Shown: piece after piece, positions 16,552 to 24,000 of the stretch
How positions within the stretch are numbered: position 1 is the stretch's first letter
How the letters are laid out: the number at the start of each line of letters is the position of its first letter
Sequence record: MK268686.1
Reading direction: 5' to 3' (one strand)
Length of the DNA stretch: 24,000 nt
Origin: Enterococcus phage vB_EfaH_EF1TV
Notes under the pieces: model-generated
Told to the model about the DNA's origin: nothing
Databases searched by the model: none
What the model saw: the letters and a program-made list of their open reading frames with translations, nothing else
Program-made: the position numbers and the translations under genes

Positions 16552-17190
16552 TTGAAGAAAACTAGTATTTTAGGTTTAAGTTTATTAAGTTTAGGTTTAG
16601 TAGTAGGTTTAGGAACCGAAGCTAAGGCAGAAGAAGTAACAGAGAATGGTAAGACATATTGGAAGGTAGAGTCAGGAGACACACTATCAGAAATTGGAGC
16701 TAAGTACAACTTAGATTTCACTAATATCCATAAAGTTAATAAAGGTGTTGTAGCTGACCCTAATGTTATTTTCGTAGGTGACAAATTGTTATTACCTTTA
16801 GATGAAAATGGCAAGCTAGTGGAACAAGTGAATACCACTGAACTAGATATTGAAGTACAATATAACGAACCAGTAACACCTGAACAACCTGTAGTTGTAG
16901 AACAAGAAGTTGTAGAGCAACCTGTAGTTGTAGCAGAAGCCCCTGCCCCTGTAGTAGAGGTACCTGCTGACAATAGCTCAGCAAAAGAGTGGATTGCACA
17001 ACGTGAATCTAGTGGTTCTTATGATGCAACAAATGGTCAGTATATTGGTCGTTACCAACTATCTGCCTCTTATTTAAATGGTGACTATTCACCTGCCAAC
17101 CAAGAACGAGTAGCCGATGAGTATGTAGCAGGTCGCTATGGCTCATGGGAGAACGCAAAATCTTTCTGGTTAGCAAATGGTTGGTACTAA
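16552..17190 (+). CDS. Secreted LysM-domain protein with C-terminal transglycosylase-like region
   Basis: Signal peptide ILGLSLLSLGLVVGLGTEAKA; LysM YWKVESGDTLSEIGAKYNL; C-terminal AKEWIAQRESSGSYDATNGQYIGRYQLSASYLNGDYSP. Confidence 0.88.
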   Translation: MKKTSILGLSLLSLGLVVGLGTEAKAEEVTENGKTYWKVESGDTLSEIGAKYNLDFTNIHKVNKGVVADPNVIFVGDKLLLPLDENGKLVEQVNTTELDIEVQYNEPVTPEQPVVVEQEVVEQPVVVAEAPAPVVEVPADNSSAKEWIAQRESSGSYDATNGQYIGRYQLSASYLNGDYSPANQERVADEYVAGRYGSWENAKSFWLANGWY

Positions 17191-17204
17191 AATTAAATAG
17201 CAAT

Positions 17205-17235
17205 AAAGACCTCTTTATTAAGGGGTCTTTTTTTT
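17205..17235 (+). terminator. Rho-independent terminator
   Basis: aaagacctc ... ggggtcttt followed by a T tract. Confidence 0.85.
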
Positions 17236-17332
17236 ATGCTATATTAATATATAGTAAATAGTAATATAAAATGGTTATGATTAGTTATGTGGTATAATAG
17301 ACTTATGTTAAAACCATTTAAGGAGGGGAAAC

Positions 17333-17677
17333 ATGGGTTATATTCAAGATGAGACATGGCAGATGGTTAAAAAAGTTGCTAAAAAGAATGGGTTTGTTGG
17401 TGACTGGATTTTAATTATTCACTCATACTATGAGTATGGTGGAAATCACGTCCAGATACATACAACAATAAACGGAGAAAGCTATAGAATTTTAAGGTTG
17501 TTAGACAGCAGAGAGATACTTTTATTAGATAGAAAAGGTAACCCTGTAATTTATGATTACGAAATAGTTAATGATGGTCAAAAAAGCTTCTTTTATAATG
17601 ATATGGAAGAGAAAGAAATCGAAATACCTAATGGAAGATGCTTAAACGATAAGACAAGGGTAAAAATTTATGTATAA
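17333..17677 (+). CDS. Hypothetical protein
   Basis: 114 aa ORF with ggaggggaaac RBS. Confidence 0.78.
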   Translation: MGYIQDETWQMVKKVAKKNGFVGDWILIIHSYYEYGGNHVQIHTTINGESYRILRLLDSREILLLDRKGNPVIYDYEIVNDGQKSFFYNDMEEKEIEIPNGRCLNDKTRVKIYV

Positions 17678-17691
17678 GGTAGGTGTAACAG

Positions 17692-19416
17692 TTGCCAAAA
17701 TGGTTAGATAAAGCACTAGGTATAGAAAAATCGTCCATAGAAGAAACTCGGAATATGGAAAATTATAAGATGCATTTAAGGGAAATAGACACCAATGTGG
17801 TCAATAACGAGCCGTACAGCATGGAAAGTATTGAAAAAGGTATGAACGGAAAGACCACTGCATATATGCAACCAATTATTGGAGAGATGTCAGTAAACCC
17901 CGGGTATAAAACTAAACCGTCTATACGTAACTCTCAAGACTTACATAAGACACTTAAAAAGTTTGGTAATAACATAATATTAAATGCTATTATTAACACG
18001 CGGTCAAACCAAGTATCGATGTATTGTAAGCCCGCAAGAAATTCTGAAACAGGTGTTGGTTACGAGATACGTTTAAAAGATATTGAAGCAGAACCTACTT
18101 CACATGACATTGCTAATATTAAGCGTATTGAAAGTTTTTTAGAGAACACAGCACAATTTAGAGACCCTAATAGAGATAACTTTACAACTTTTTGTAAAAA
18201 ACTTGTTCGGGCAACATATATGTATGACCAAGTAAACTTTGAAAAGGTATTTGATAAAGATGGTAACTTTATCAAATTTGATACTGTAGACCCAACTACA
18301 ATTTTCTTAGCAACAAATGGTGAAGGGAAACTAATTAAAAATGGTGAAAGGTTTGTTCAGGTTATCGACAACAGAATTGTTGCCAAATTCAATGAGAGAG
18401 AACTAGCTTTTGCTGTTAGAAACCCTAGAGCAGACATAGAAGTTGGGCAATATGGTTATCCAGAGCTTGAAATAGCACTAAAACAATTTATTGCTCATGA
18501 AAATACAGAAGTATTTAATGACAGATTTTTCTCACATGGAGGTACTACAAGAGGTATCTTGCATGTAAAAACTGGGCAACAGCAGAGCCAACAAGCGTTA
18601 GATATATTTAGAAGAGAATGGAGAAGCTCACTAGCCGGAATAAATGGTTCATGGCAAATACCTGTAGTATCTGCAGAAGATGTGAAATTTGTTAACATGA
18701 CACCCTCTGCTAATGATATGCAATTTGAAAAATGGCTTAACTACTTAATTAATGTTATATCTGCTTTGTATGGAATTGACCCCGCAGAGATAAACTTCCC
18801 TAATAATGGTGGTGCAACAGGCTCTAAAGGAGGTTCCCTAAATGAGGGAAACTCAAAAGAGAAAATGCAGGCTTCTCAGAATAAAGGGCTACAACCCCTT
18901 TTAAGATTTATAGAGGACACCGTTAACACATATATTGTTGCGGAATTTGGAGAAAAATACCAATTCCAATTTAGAGGAGGAGACCTAAGTGCTCAACTAG
19001 ATAAGCTTAAAATAATTGAGCAAGAAGGTAAAGTATTCAGAACAGTTAACGAGATAAGACATGATAAAGGTTTAGAACCGATTAAAGGCGGAGACGTTAT
19101 ACTAAATGGTGTTCACATACAAGCTATTGGGCAAGCGTTACAAGAAGAACAGCTAGAATACCAAAGAAGCCAAGACCGCTTAAACAGACTATTAGAGCTA
19201 TCTGGTGGAGATGTGGAACAACCAGAACCAGAAGAACCTAAAGACAATCAAAATGATACAGATGTTTCATTTCAGGATGAACAACAAGGTTTAAACGGTA
19301 AGTCTAAGAAAGTTAATGGTAAGGTAGACGACAATGTTGGCAAGGACGGTCAGTTGAAATCGGAAGAAAACACCAACTCAACTAAGCATGGTACTGATGG
19401 TATAAAAAAAGAATAA
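17692..19416 (+). CDS. Portal protein
   Basis: 574 aa; SGV-type motifs AVRNPRADIEVGQYGYPELEIAL, SALYGIDPAEINFPNN, NTYIVAEFGEKYQFQF; position between TerL and protease. Confidence 0.88.
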   Translation: MPKWLDKALGIEKSSIEETRNMENYKMHLREIDTNVVNNEPYSMESIEKGMNGKTTAYMQPIIGEMSVNPGYKTKPSIRNSQDLHKTLKKFGNNIILNAIINTRSNQVSMYCKPARNSETGVGYEIRLKDIEAEPTSHDIANIKRIESFLENTAQFRDPNRDNFTTFCKKLVRATYMYDQVNFEKVFDKDGNFIKFDTVDPTTIFLATNGEGKLIKNGERFVQVIDNRIVAKFNERELAFAVRNPRADIEVGQYGYPELEIALKQFIAHENTEVFNDRFFSHGGTTRGILHVKTGQQQSQQALDIFRREWRSSLAGINGSWQIPVVSAEDVKFVNMTPSANDMQFEKWLNYLINVISALYGIDPAEINFPNNGGATGSKGGSLNEGNSKEKMQASQNKGLQPLLRFIEDTVNTYIVAEFGEKYQFQFRGGDLSAQLDKLKIIEQEGKVFRTVNEIRHDKGLEPIKGGDVILNGVHIQAIGQALQEEQLEYQRSQDRLNRLLELSGGDVEQPEPEEPKDNQNDTDVSFQDEQQGLNGKSKKVNGKVDDNVGKDGQLKSEENTNSTKHGTDGIKKE

Positions 19417-19425
19417 AAGATAATG

Positions 19426-19445
19426 GAGGGGGCTAGCTCCCCCTC
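19426..19445 (+). terminator. Possible GC-rich terminator or processing hairpin
   Basis: gaggggg-ctagct-ccccctc 7-bp stem; weak T tract. Confidence 0.5.
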
Positions 19446-19507
19446 AACTTTGTTTGTGTTACTAGATAGTACATGTTCTGCTATATTAAATACAGTAAAA
19501 CGTTTAG

Positions 19508-20314
19508 GTGGTGAAAAGCAAATTGTCAGAAGTTAGAGAAAAATATAGTATTTTCGTACCACTGGATATTGAAAATTCTATACAGAAGTCTGAATCTGTG
19601 AATGATGGTGAATGGTATGTGCAAGGATATGCAACTACCCCAGATTTAGATTTACAAGGAGATATTATTTTACCACAGGGCATTGATATTTCTTATTTTA
19701 TTGAAAATGGTTGGATAAACTATGAGCATAAAAATGATGCTGAGTTTATTATAGGTGCCCCAACTAGCAATTGTTATGTTGATGTGGACAAAGGGTTATT
19801 CGTAGAGGCTAAGCTATTAAAGGATAACAAGTACGCACAGTCTATGTGGAAGCTAGCTAATACAATCCAGAAATCAGGAATATCTCGTCAGTTAGGTTTT
19901 TCTATTGAGGGTGCAGTAGTTAGTAGAAATGCACAAGATAACAGAATCATAGAAGGTGTTAAAATACATAATGTTGCATTAACGACACATCCGGCTAACC
20001 CAAGAGCTACATGGGAGACACTAGTTAAATCTTGGACTACAGGATATGGTACAGCACCAGATGCACAAGTAGATGCAGGCGCACTTAGAAGAGAGATGTT
20101 TAAAGAGGACATTTCTAATTTGACGTATGCAGTAAGAACTATTGCAGGGCTATATAGTAAAAAACCTGCAGAGAAAGAGTTTATTTTACGTGAAGTGGCT
20201 AAGGATATAGAAGTAGACACTTCCGAAAATGAATTATCTAAATTTATGTTACAATTAAGTAGAGGGATTTCCTTGAAAGAAGCAACAAACTTTATTGAAA
20301 AAAGAAAGGGGTAA
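19508..20314 (+). CDS. Prohead protease (start may be TTG 19523)
   Basis: 268 aa; YVQGYATTPDLDLQGDIILPQG, INYEHK, GAPTSN, SRQLGFSIEG, VHNVALTTHPANP resemble herpesvirus-like/S78 prohead proteases. Confidence 0.87.
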   Translation: MVKSKLSEVREKYSIFVPLDIENSIQKSESVNDGEWYVQGYATTPDLDLQGDIILPQGIDISYFIENGWINYEHKNDAEFIIGAPTSNCYVDVDKGLFVEAKLLKDNKYAQSMWKLANTIQKSGISRQLGFSIEGAVVSRNAQDNRIIEGVKIHNVALTTHPANPRATWETLVKSWTTGYGTAPDAQVDAGALRREMFKEDISNLTYAVRTIAGLYSKKPAEKEFILREVAKDIEVDTSENELSKFMLQLSRGISLKEATNFIEKRKG

Positions 20315-20320
20315 GAAATA

Positions 20321-21256
20321 GTGGCTAAAACATTGAACGATATTATAGAAGATTTTGATGCACAGTTAAATGAAAAAGTAAAACCTACTACAGATGAGGA
20401 AATTACAAAGTCTGTAGAAGAACCTACTGAACCAGAAAAAGTTGAAGAAGGTGCTGAGGTTGAGCCGGAAGAAAAGCCTAATGAATCTGAGGAGACTGCA
20501 GGCAATGACGGAGAAGAATCCGGAGTTACTGAAACAGTTGAAGCAGAACAGGAAGAACCAGAAACTGTTGAAGAAGTAGCAGTTGAGGAACCTGTTGAAG
20601 AATCAGCAGAAACTGTTGAAAAATCTGATAAAACTAAAGAAAATAAAGATGAAGAAGAGGAGGAAGACGAAGAAGACGAAGACAAAAAGAAAGAAAAAGA
20701 TAAAAAAGACAAAGACAAAGAAGATAAAGAAGACATCGAGAAGTCTACCGAAGTCGAACAAGTTATCAAATCTTCTGAAATCTTAGGAGCTATGGAAGCT
20801 ATCTTTAAAAATATGTTAGGTCTAAGTGAAAAGTTAGACGAAATTCATAGAGAGTTTAAAGAGGCTAAAGAAGCTAAAGAAAAAGACGAAGCGGAGTCTG
20901 TTGAGAAATCTTTACTTGATAACCCTGAAATTAAAACAGGAAAAGAGGACTCAGAAGGCAAGGCTGTTGGGTTTGTTAATAAGTCTGTAGCAGTTGAGGA
21001 AGAGGTAGCTACCGAAGAACCAACTGTAGAAGTAGTTGTTGATGGTGAACAAGACACAGCAGAACCTGAAAAAGAAGTACCATTCCGTGATAGAGTACAG
21101 GCTATTAGACCAGACTTTATGGAAACATATAAACGTGTGTCTGTTAGCGGGGTAGCTCAACGTGGTGAATTAGAATCAGTTAGACACACTTGGGGAACTG
21201 CTAGAACAAATGATGACCTAGCTAAAATTGAAGGGTTTATCAATAAATATAAATAA
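20321..21256 (+). CDS. Capsid scaffold/assembly protein, highly charged
   Basis: 311 aa, extreme Glu/Asp/Lys bias, located between protease and major capsid protein. Confidence 0.78.
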   Translation: MAKTLNDIIEDFDAQLNEKVKPTTDEEITKSVEEPTEPEKVEEGAEVEPEEKPNESEETAGNDGEESGVTETVEAEQEEPETVEEVAVEEPVEESAETVEKSDKTKENKDEEEEEDEEDEDKKKEKDKKDKDKEDKEDIEKSTEVEQVIKSSEILGAMEAIFKNMLGLSEKLDEIHREFKEAKEAKEKDEAESVEKSLLDNPEIKTGKEDSEGKAVGFVNKSVAVEEEVATEEPTVEVVVDGEQDTAEPEKEVPFRDRVQAIRPDFMETYKRVSVSGVAQRGELESVRHTWGTARTNDDLAKIEGFINKYK

Positions 21257-21315
21257 ATTTACTATATAGTGAACGATTTTTAATTGTACTGCTATATTAA
21301 TAGCAGAAACAATAA

Positions 21316-21358
21316 AAGACCTGACATTCCCTCCTGAACCTCCACAGGGTCAGGTCTT
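21316..21358 (+). promoter_or_regulatory. Leader hairpin upstream of the major capsid gene
   Basis: aagacctgac / gtcaggtctt perfect 10-bp stem, no T tract after it. Confidence 0.6.
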
Positions 21359-21396
21359 ATATTGAGAGGAATATAAAGAAAGGTGATTTATACATA

Positions 21397-22797
21397 ATGA
21401 CAGAGAAAAAGAATACAGAACGACAATTAACTTCCGTACAGGAAGAAGTAATTAAAGGCTTCACTACAGGATATGGTATTACACCAGAATCTCAAACTGA
21501 TGCCGCCGCTTTAAGACGAGAGTTCTTAGACGACCAAATCACAATGCTAACTTGGGCAGACGGAGACTTATCATTTTACCGTGACATCACTAAACGTCCG
21601 GCAACTTCAACTGTAGCTAAATATGACGTATATCTAGCACATGGACGTGTAGGTCATACTCGTTTTACTCGTGAAATCGGTGTAGCACCAATTTCAGACC
21701 CTAACTTACGTCAAAAAACAGTTAACATGAAATATGTTTCTGATACTAAAAATATGAGTATCGCAACAGGTTTAGTTAACAACATTGAAGACCCAATGCG
21801 TATCTTGACAGACGATGCTATCTCAGTTGTTGCTAAAACAATTGAATGGGCTTCTTTCTACGGTGACTCTGACTTATCAGAAAACCCAGATGCAGGTTCA
21901 GGTTTAGAGTTCGATGGTTTAGCTAAACTAATTGACAAACATAATGTACTAGATGCTAAAGGTGCTAGCTTAACAGAAGCTTTACTTAACCAAGCATCAG
22001 TATTAGTTGGTAAAGGTTATGGTACACCAACAGATGCTTATATGCCTATCGGTGTTCAAGCAGACTTCGTTAACCAACAATTAGACCGCCAAGTTCAAGT
22101 AATTAGCGACAACGGTCAAAACGCTACAATGGGATTCAACGTTAAAGGTTTTAACTCTGCACGTGGTTTCATTCGTTTACATGGTTCAACTGTAATGGAA
22201 TTAGAACAAATTTTAGATGAAAATAGTATGCAACTCCCTAATGCTCCTCAAAAAGCAACTGTTAAAGCTACTTTAGAAGCAGGAACAAAAGGTAAATTCC
22301 GTGATGAAGATTTAACAATCGACACAGAATACAAAGTTGTAGTAGTATCTGACGATGCAGAATCTGCACCATCTGATGTTGCATCTGTAGTAATTGACGA
22401 CAAGAAAAAACAAGTTAAATTAGAAATCACTATTAATAACATGTATCAAGCTCGTCCACAATATGTTGCAATTTACCGTAAAGGTTTGGAAACAGGATTG
22501 TTCTACCAAATCGCTAGAGTACCTGCAAGTAAAGCAGTTGACGGAGTTATCACATTTATCGATGTGAACGATGAAATTCCTGAAACAGCGGACGTATTCG
22601 TTGGGGAATTAACTCCATCAGTAGTTCACTTGTTCGAGTTACTACCAATGATGCGCTTACCATTAGCACAAGTTAATGCTTCTGTAACATTCGCAGTATT
22701 ATGGTATGGAGCTTTAGCATTACGTGCACCTAAGAAATGGGCTCGCATTAAGAACGTTAAATATATTGCAACAGGTAACGTATTTAACGAACGCTAA
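21397..22797 (+). CDS. Major capsid protein
   Basis: 466 aa; GYGITPESQTDAAALRREFLDDQITMLTWADGDLSFYRDITKRPA...EFDGLAKLIDKHNV is the Twort/SPO1-like MCP pattern. Confidence 0.94.
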   Translation: MTEKKNTERQLTSVQEEVIKGFTTGYGITPESQTDAAALRREFLDDQITMLTWADGDLSFYRDITKRPATSTVAKYDVYLAHGRVGHTRFTREIGVAPISDPNLRQKTVNMKYVSDTKNMSIATGLVNNIEDPMRILTDDAISVVAKTIEWASFYGDSDLSENPDAGSGLEFDGLAKLIDKHNVLDAKGASLTEALLNQASVLVGKGYGTPTDAYMPIGVQADFVNQQLDRQVQVISDNGQNATMGFNVKGFNSARGFIRLHGSTVMELEQILDENSMQLPNAPQKATVKATLEAGTKGKFRDEDLTIDTEYKVVVVSDDAESAPSDVASVVIDDKKKQVKLEITINNMYQARPQYVAIYRKGLETGLFYQIARVPASKAVDGVITFIDVNDEIPETADVFVGELTPSVVHLFELLPMMRLPLAQVNASVTFAVLWYGALALRAPKKWARIKNVKYIATGNVFNER

Positions 22798-22832
22798 TCT
22801 TTAGAAGACTAAGCAAAATTGAATAAAAATGG

Positions 22833-22866
22833 AATAGGGGACGGTTAATACTGTTCCCTATTTTTA
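22833..22866 (+). terminator. Rho-independent terminator after the major capsid gene
   Basis: aataggggac ... gttccctatt stem with one bulged or mismatched position, then a T tract. Confidence 0.75.
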
Positions 22867-22895
22867 TTATAAAATACATGTATGGAGGAAATAAT

Positions 22896-23159
22896 ATGTT
22901 AAAATCAGAAATCTTAATAAATAAAACAGTAACAACAGCTTTTGGTGAGGTAACATTTGACCATAATGGGGAAACCACAGACCTAACAGTAGAACAGCAA
23001 GAACATTTAGGGACTAAAGTTCCATATATACAATATATACCAGATGCACCTAAAGCTAAAGAAAAAGAAGCTACTGCAGAAAAAGCAGACGAGGCACCTA
23101 AAAAGGCTAAGAAAGCGCCTGCTAAGAAAACTACAAAATCTAAAAAAGAGGAAGACTAA
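22896..23159 (+). CDS. Small Lys/Ala-rich hypothetical protein (start refined from 22878)
   Basis: ggaggaaataATATG; C-terminus KAEKAPKKAKKAPAKKTTKSKKEED-like. Confidence 0.78.
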   Translation: MLKSEILINKTVTTAFGEVTFDHNGETTDLTVEQQEHLGTKVPYIQYIPDAPKAKEKEATAEKADEAPKKAKKAPAKKTTKSKKEED

Positions 23160-23171
23160 GGAGGTATTTAT

Positions 23172-24000
23172 ATGTACCCAGACTACGGATACGAGGAACA
23201 AGGGGACAATACATACCAATACCAACCATATGCACATGGGAACCCTAAGCATATAGATTTAGACAAAATTGATGATATACAGCCTGCTGATTATGGTTGG
23301 ACACCTGCTACGCTGAAACAATACATGTTTGGTGTAGAAGTTGTTAACCCTGAAACAGGAGAACCTTTAGGAGATACTTTCTATGAACATATCATAGACT
23401 CAGCAATAGCTAAAGCAGAGAAACGACTAGATATTGCTATTATGCCTAGACTTATAAGAGGAGAACATCATGATTACCACCAATCAGATTTCAACTCTTA
23501 CATGTATACTCATGTGTTTAAAAGACCTATTATTCAAGCAGAAAAGCTTCAATTAGAAGTTAATGGTAGAGGGCTATACAGATACCCGTCTAATTGGTGG
23601 AAAGTGTATGCACTAGCAGGTCATATACAAATGTACCCAACATCCCTCATGCAGACTGGAACACAGTTTGGTTATGAAATGACGTTCTCAGGGTACCCAC
23701 AATTAGCAGGAATGCCTCCATCAGGAGGGCAAGTTGATGCCCCTCAAATGATTCATATTGATTATGTGGCAGGGATGTTACCTAGAAAAAACAGAGGGTA
23801 CAATGAAGATTGGGAGTGCCCTGCGGACTTAGAACAGCTTGTAATAAAATATGCGTTAAAAGAGATATTCCAACAATGGGGTAGACTTATCATTGGTGCA
23901 GGTATTGCTAGTAAGTCACTAACAGTAGATGGTATTAGTGAAAGTATACAAACAACACAGTCTGCTATGTATGGTGGTGCTTCTGCAGATATTCGACAAA
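23172..24000 (+). CDS. Head/neck structural protein, 3'-truncated by window edge
   Basis: Open frame MYPDYGYEEQGDNTYQYQPYAHGNPKHIDLDKIDDIQPADYGWTPATLKQYMFGVEV...ISESIQTTQSAMYGGASADIRQ running off the edge; missed by the track. Confidence 0.82.
   Translation, partial: MYPDYGYEEQGDNTYQYQPYAHGNPKHIDLDKIDDIQPADYGWTPATLKQYMFGVEVVNPETGEPLGDTFYEHIIDSAIAKAEKRLDIAIMPRLIRGEHHDYHQSDFNSYMYTHVFKRPIIQAEKLQLEVNGRGLYRYPSNWWKVYALAGHIQMYPTSLMQTGTQFGYEMTFSGYPQLAGMPPSGGQVDAPQMIHIDYVAGMLPRKNRGYNEDWECPADLEQLVIKYALKEIFQQWGRLIIGAGIASKSLTVDGISESIQTTQSAMYGGASADIRQ

Noticed and set aside
16341-17203. 210-aa minus-strand ORF and 16766-16999 / 17009-17203 plus-strand ORFs
   Set aside because: Alternative frames of the LysM protein gene and its flank; compositional artefacts (Pro/Val/Glu-rich codons).
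18060-18698. Minus-strand ORFs inside portal
   Set aside because: Antisense to a well supported portal CDS.
19888-20769. 293-aa minus-strand ORF rich in serine
   Set aside because: Serine runs are the antisense of GAA/GAT/GAC acidic repeats in the scaffold gene; no independent coding evidence.
20583-20786. 67-aa Lys-rich plus-strand ORF
   Set aside because: Frame-shifted reading of the scaffold acidic repeat.
22248-23256. Small ORFs in other frames around the capsid and the 22896 gene
   Set aside because: Overlap strongly supported genes and lack RBS or recognisable content.
1-24000. Integrated prophage, toxin-antitoxin or dedicated defence system
   Set aside because: No integrase, attachment sites, nuclease-toxin pairs or known defence domains are visible; the gene content is that of a lytic myophage core.

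Overview
This window is the interior of a Herelleviridae-type (SPO1/Twort-like) myophage genome. From memory of the endolysin and capsid sequences it is most like the Enterococcus phages of the Brockvirinae; no database was searched. The left part (1-9478) is on the minus strand: partial class Ib ribonucleotide reductase (nrdE), nrdH, small proteins, an HTH regulator and an AAA+ ATPase. It also holds a ~3.9 kb protein-poor island (about 4480-8430) with seven recognisable tRNAs and many non-standard folded or tRNA-like elements. The right part (9586-24000) is the plus-strand packaging/lysis/head module: TerS candidate, TerL, amidase endolysin, LysM exoprotein, portal, prohead protease, scaffold, major capsid protein and a head-completion protein. 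The ORF track fragments TerL. My reading is that terL has four exons (10595-10862, 11169-11251, 11575-12279, 12600-13379) separated by three closely related ORF-less group I introns. These join to exactly 612 codons, each with a U at the 5' splice site and a G at the intron end. Other main observations: tRNA-like minihelices, at least one looking like a tRNA whose anticodon arm is missing; a compact three-way-junction RNA candidate; a pair of ~130 bp AT-rich elements bounded by inverted repeats; a motif shared by the protease C-terminus and the capsid N-terminus; a transmembrane protein whose N-terminus seems to need a non-canonical ATA start; and a recurrent TGCTATATTA motif, once inside the loop of a terminator hairpin. 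Structures were folded by eye; coordinates in the 7.7-7.9 kb area may be off by 1-2 nt.
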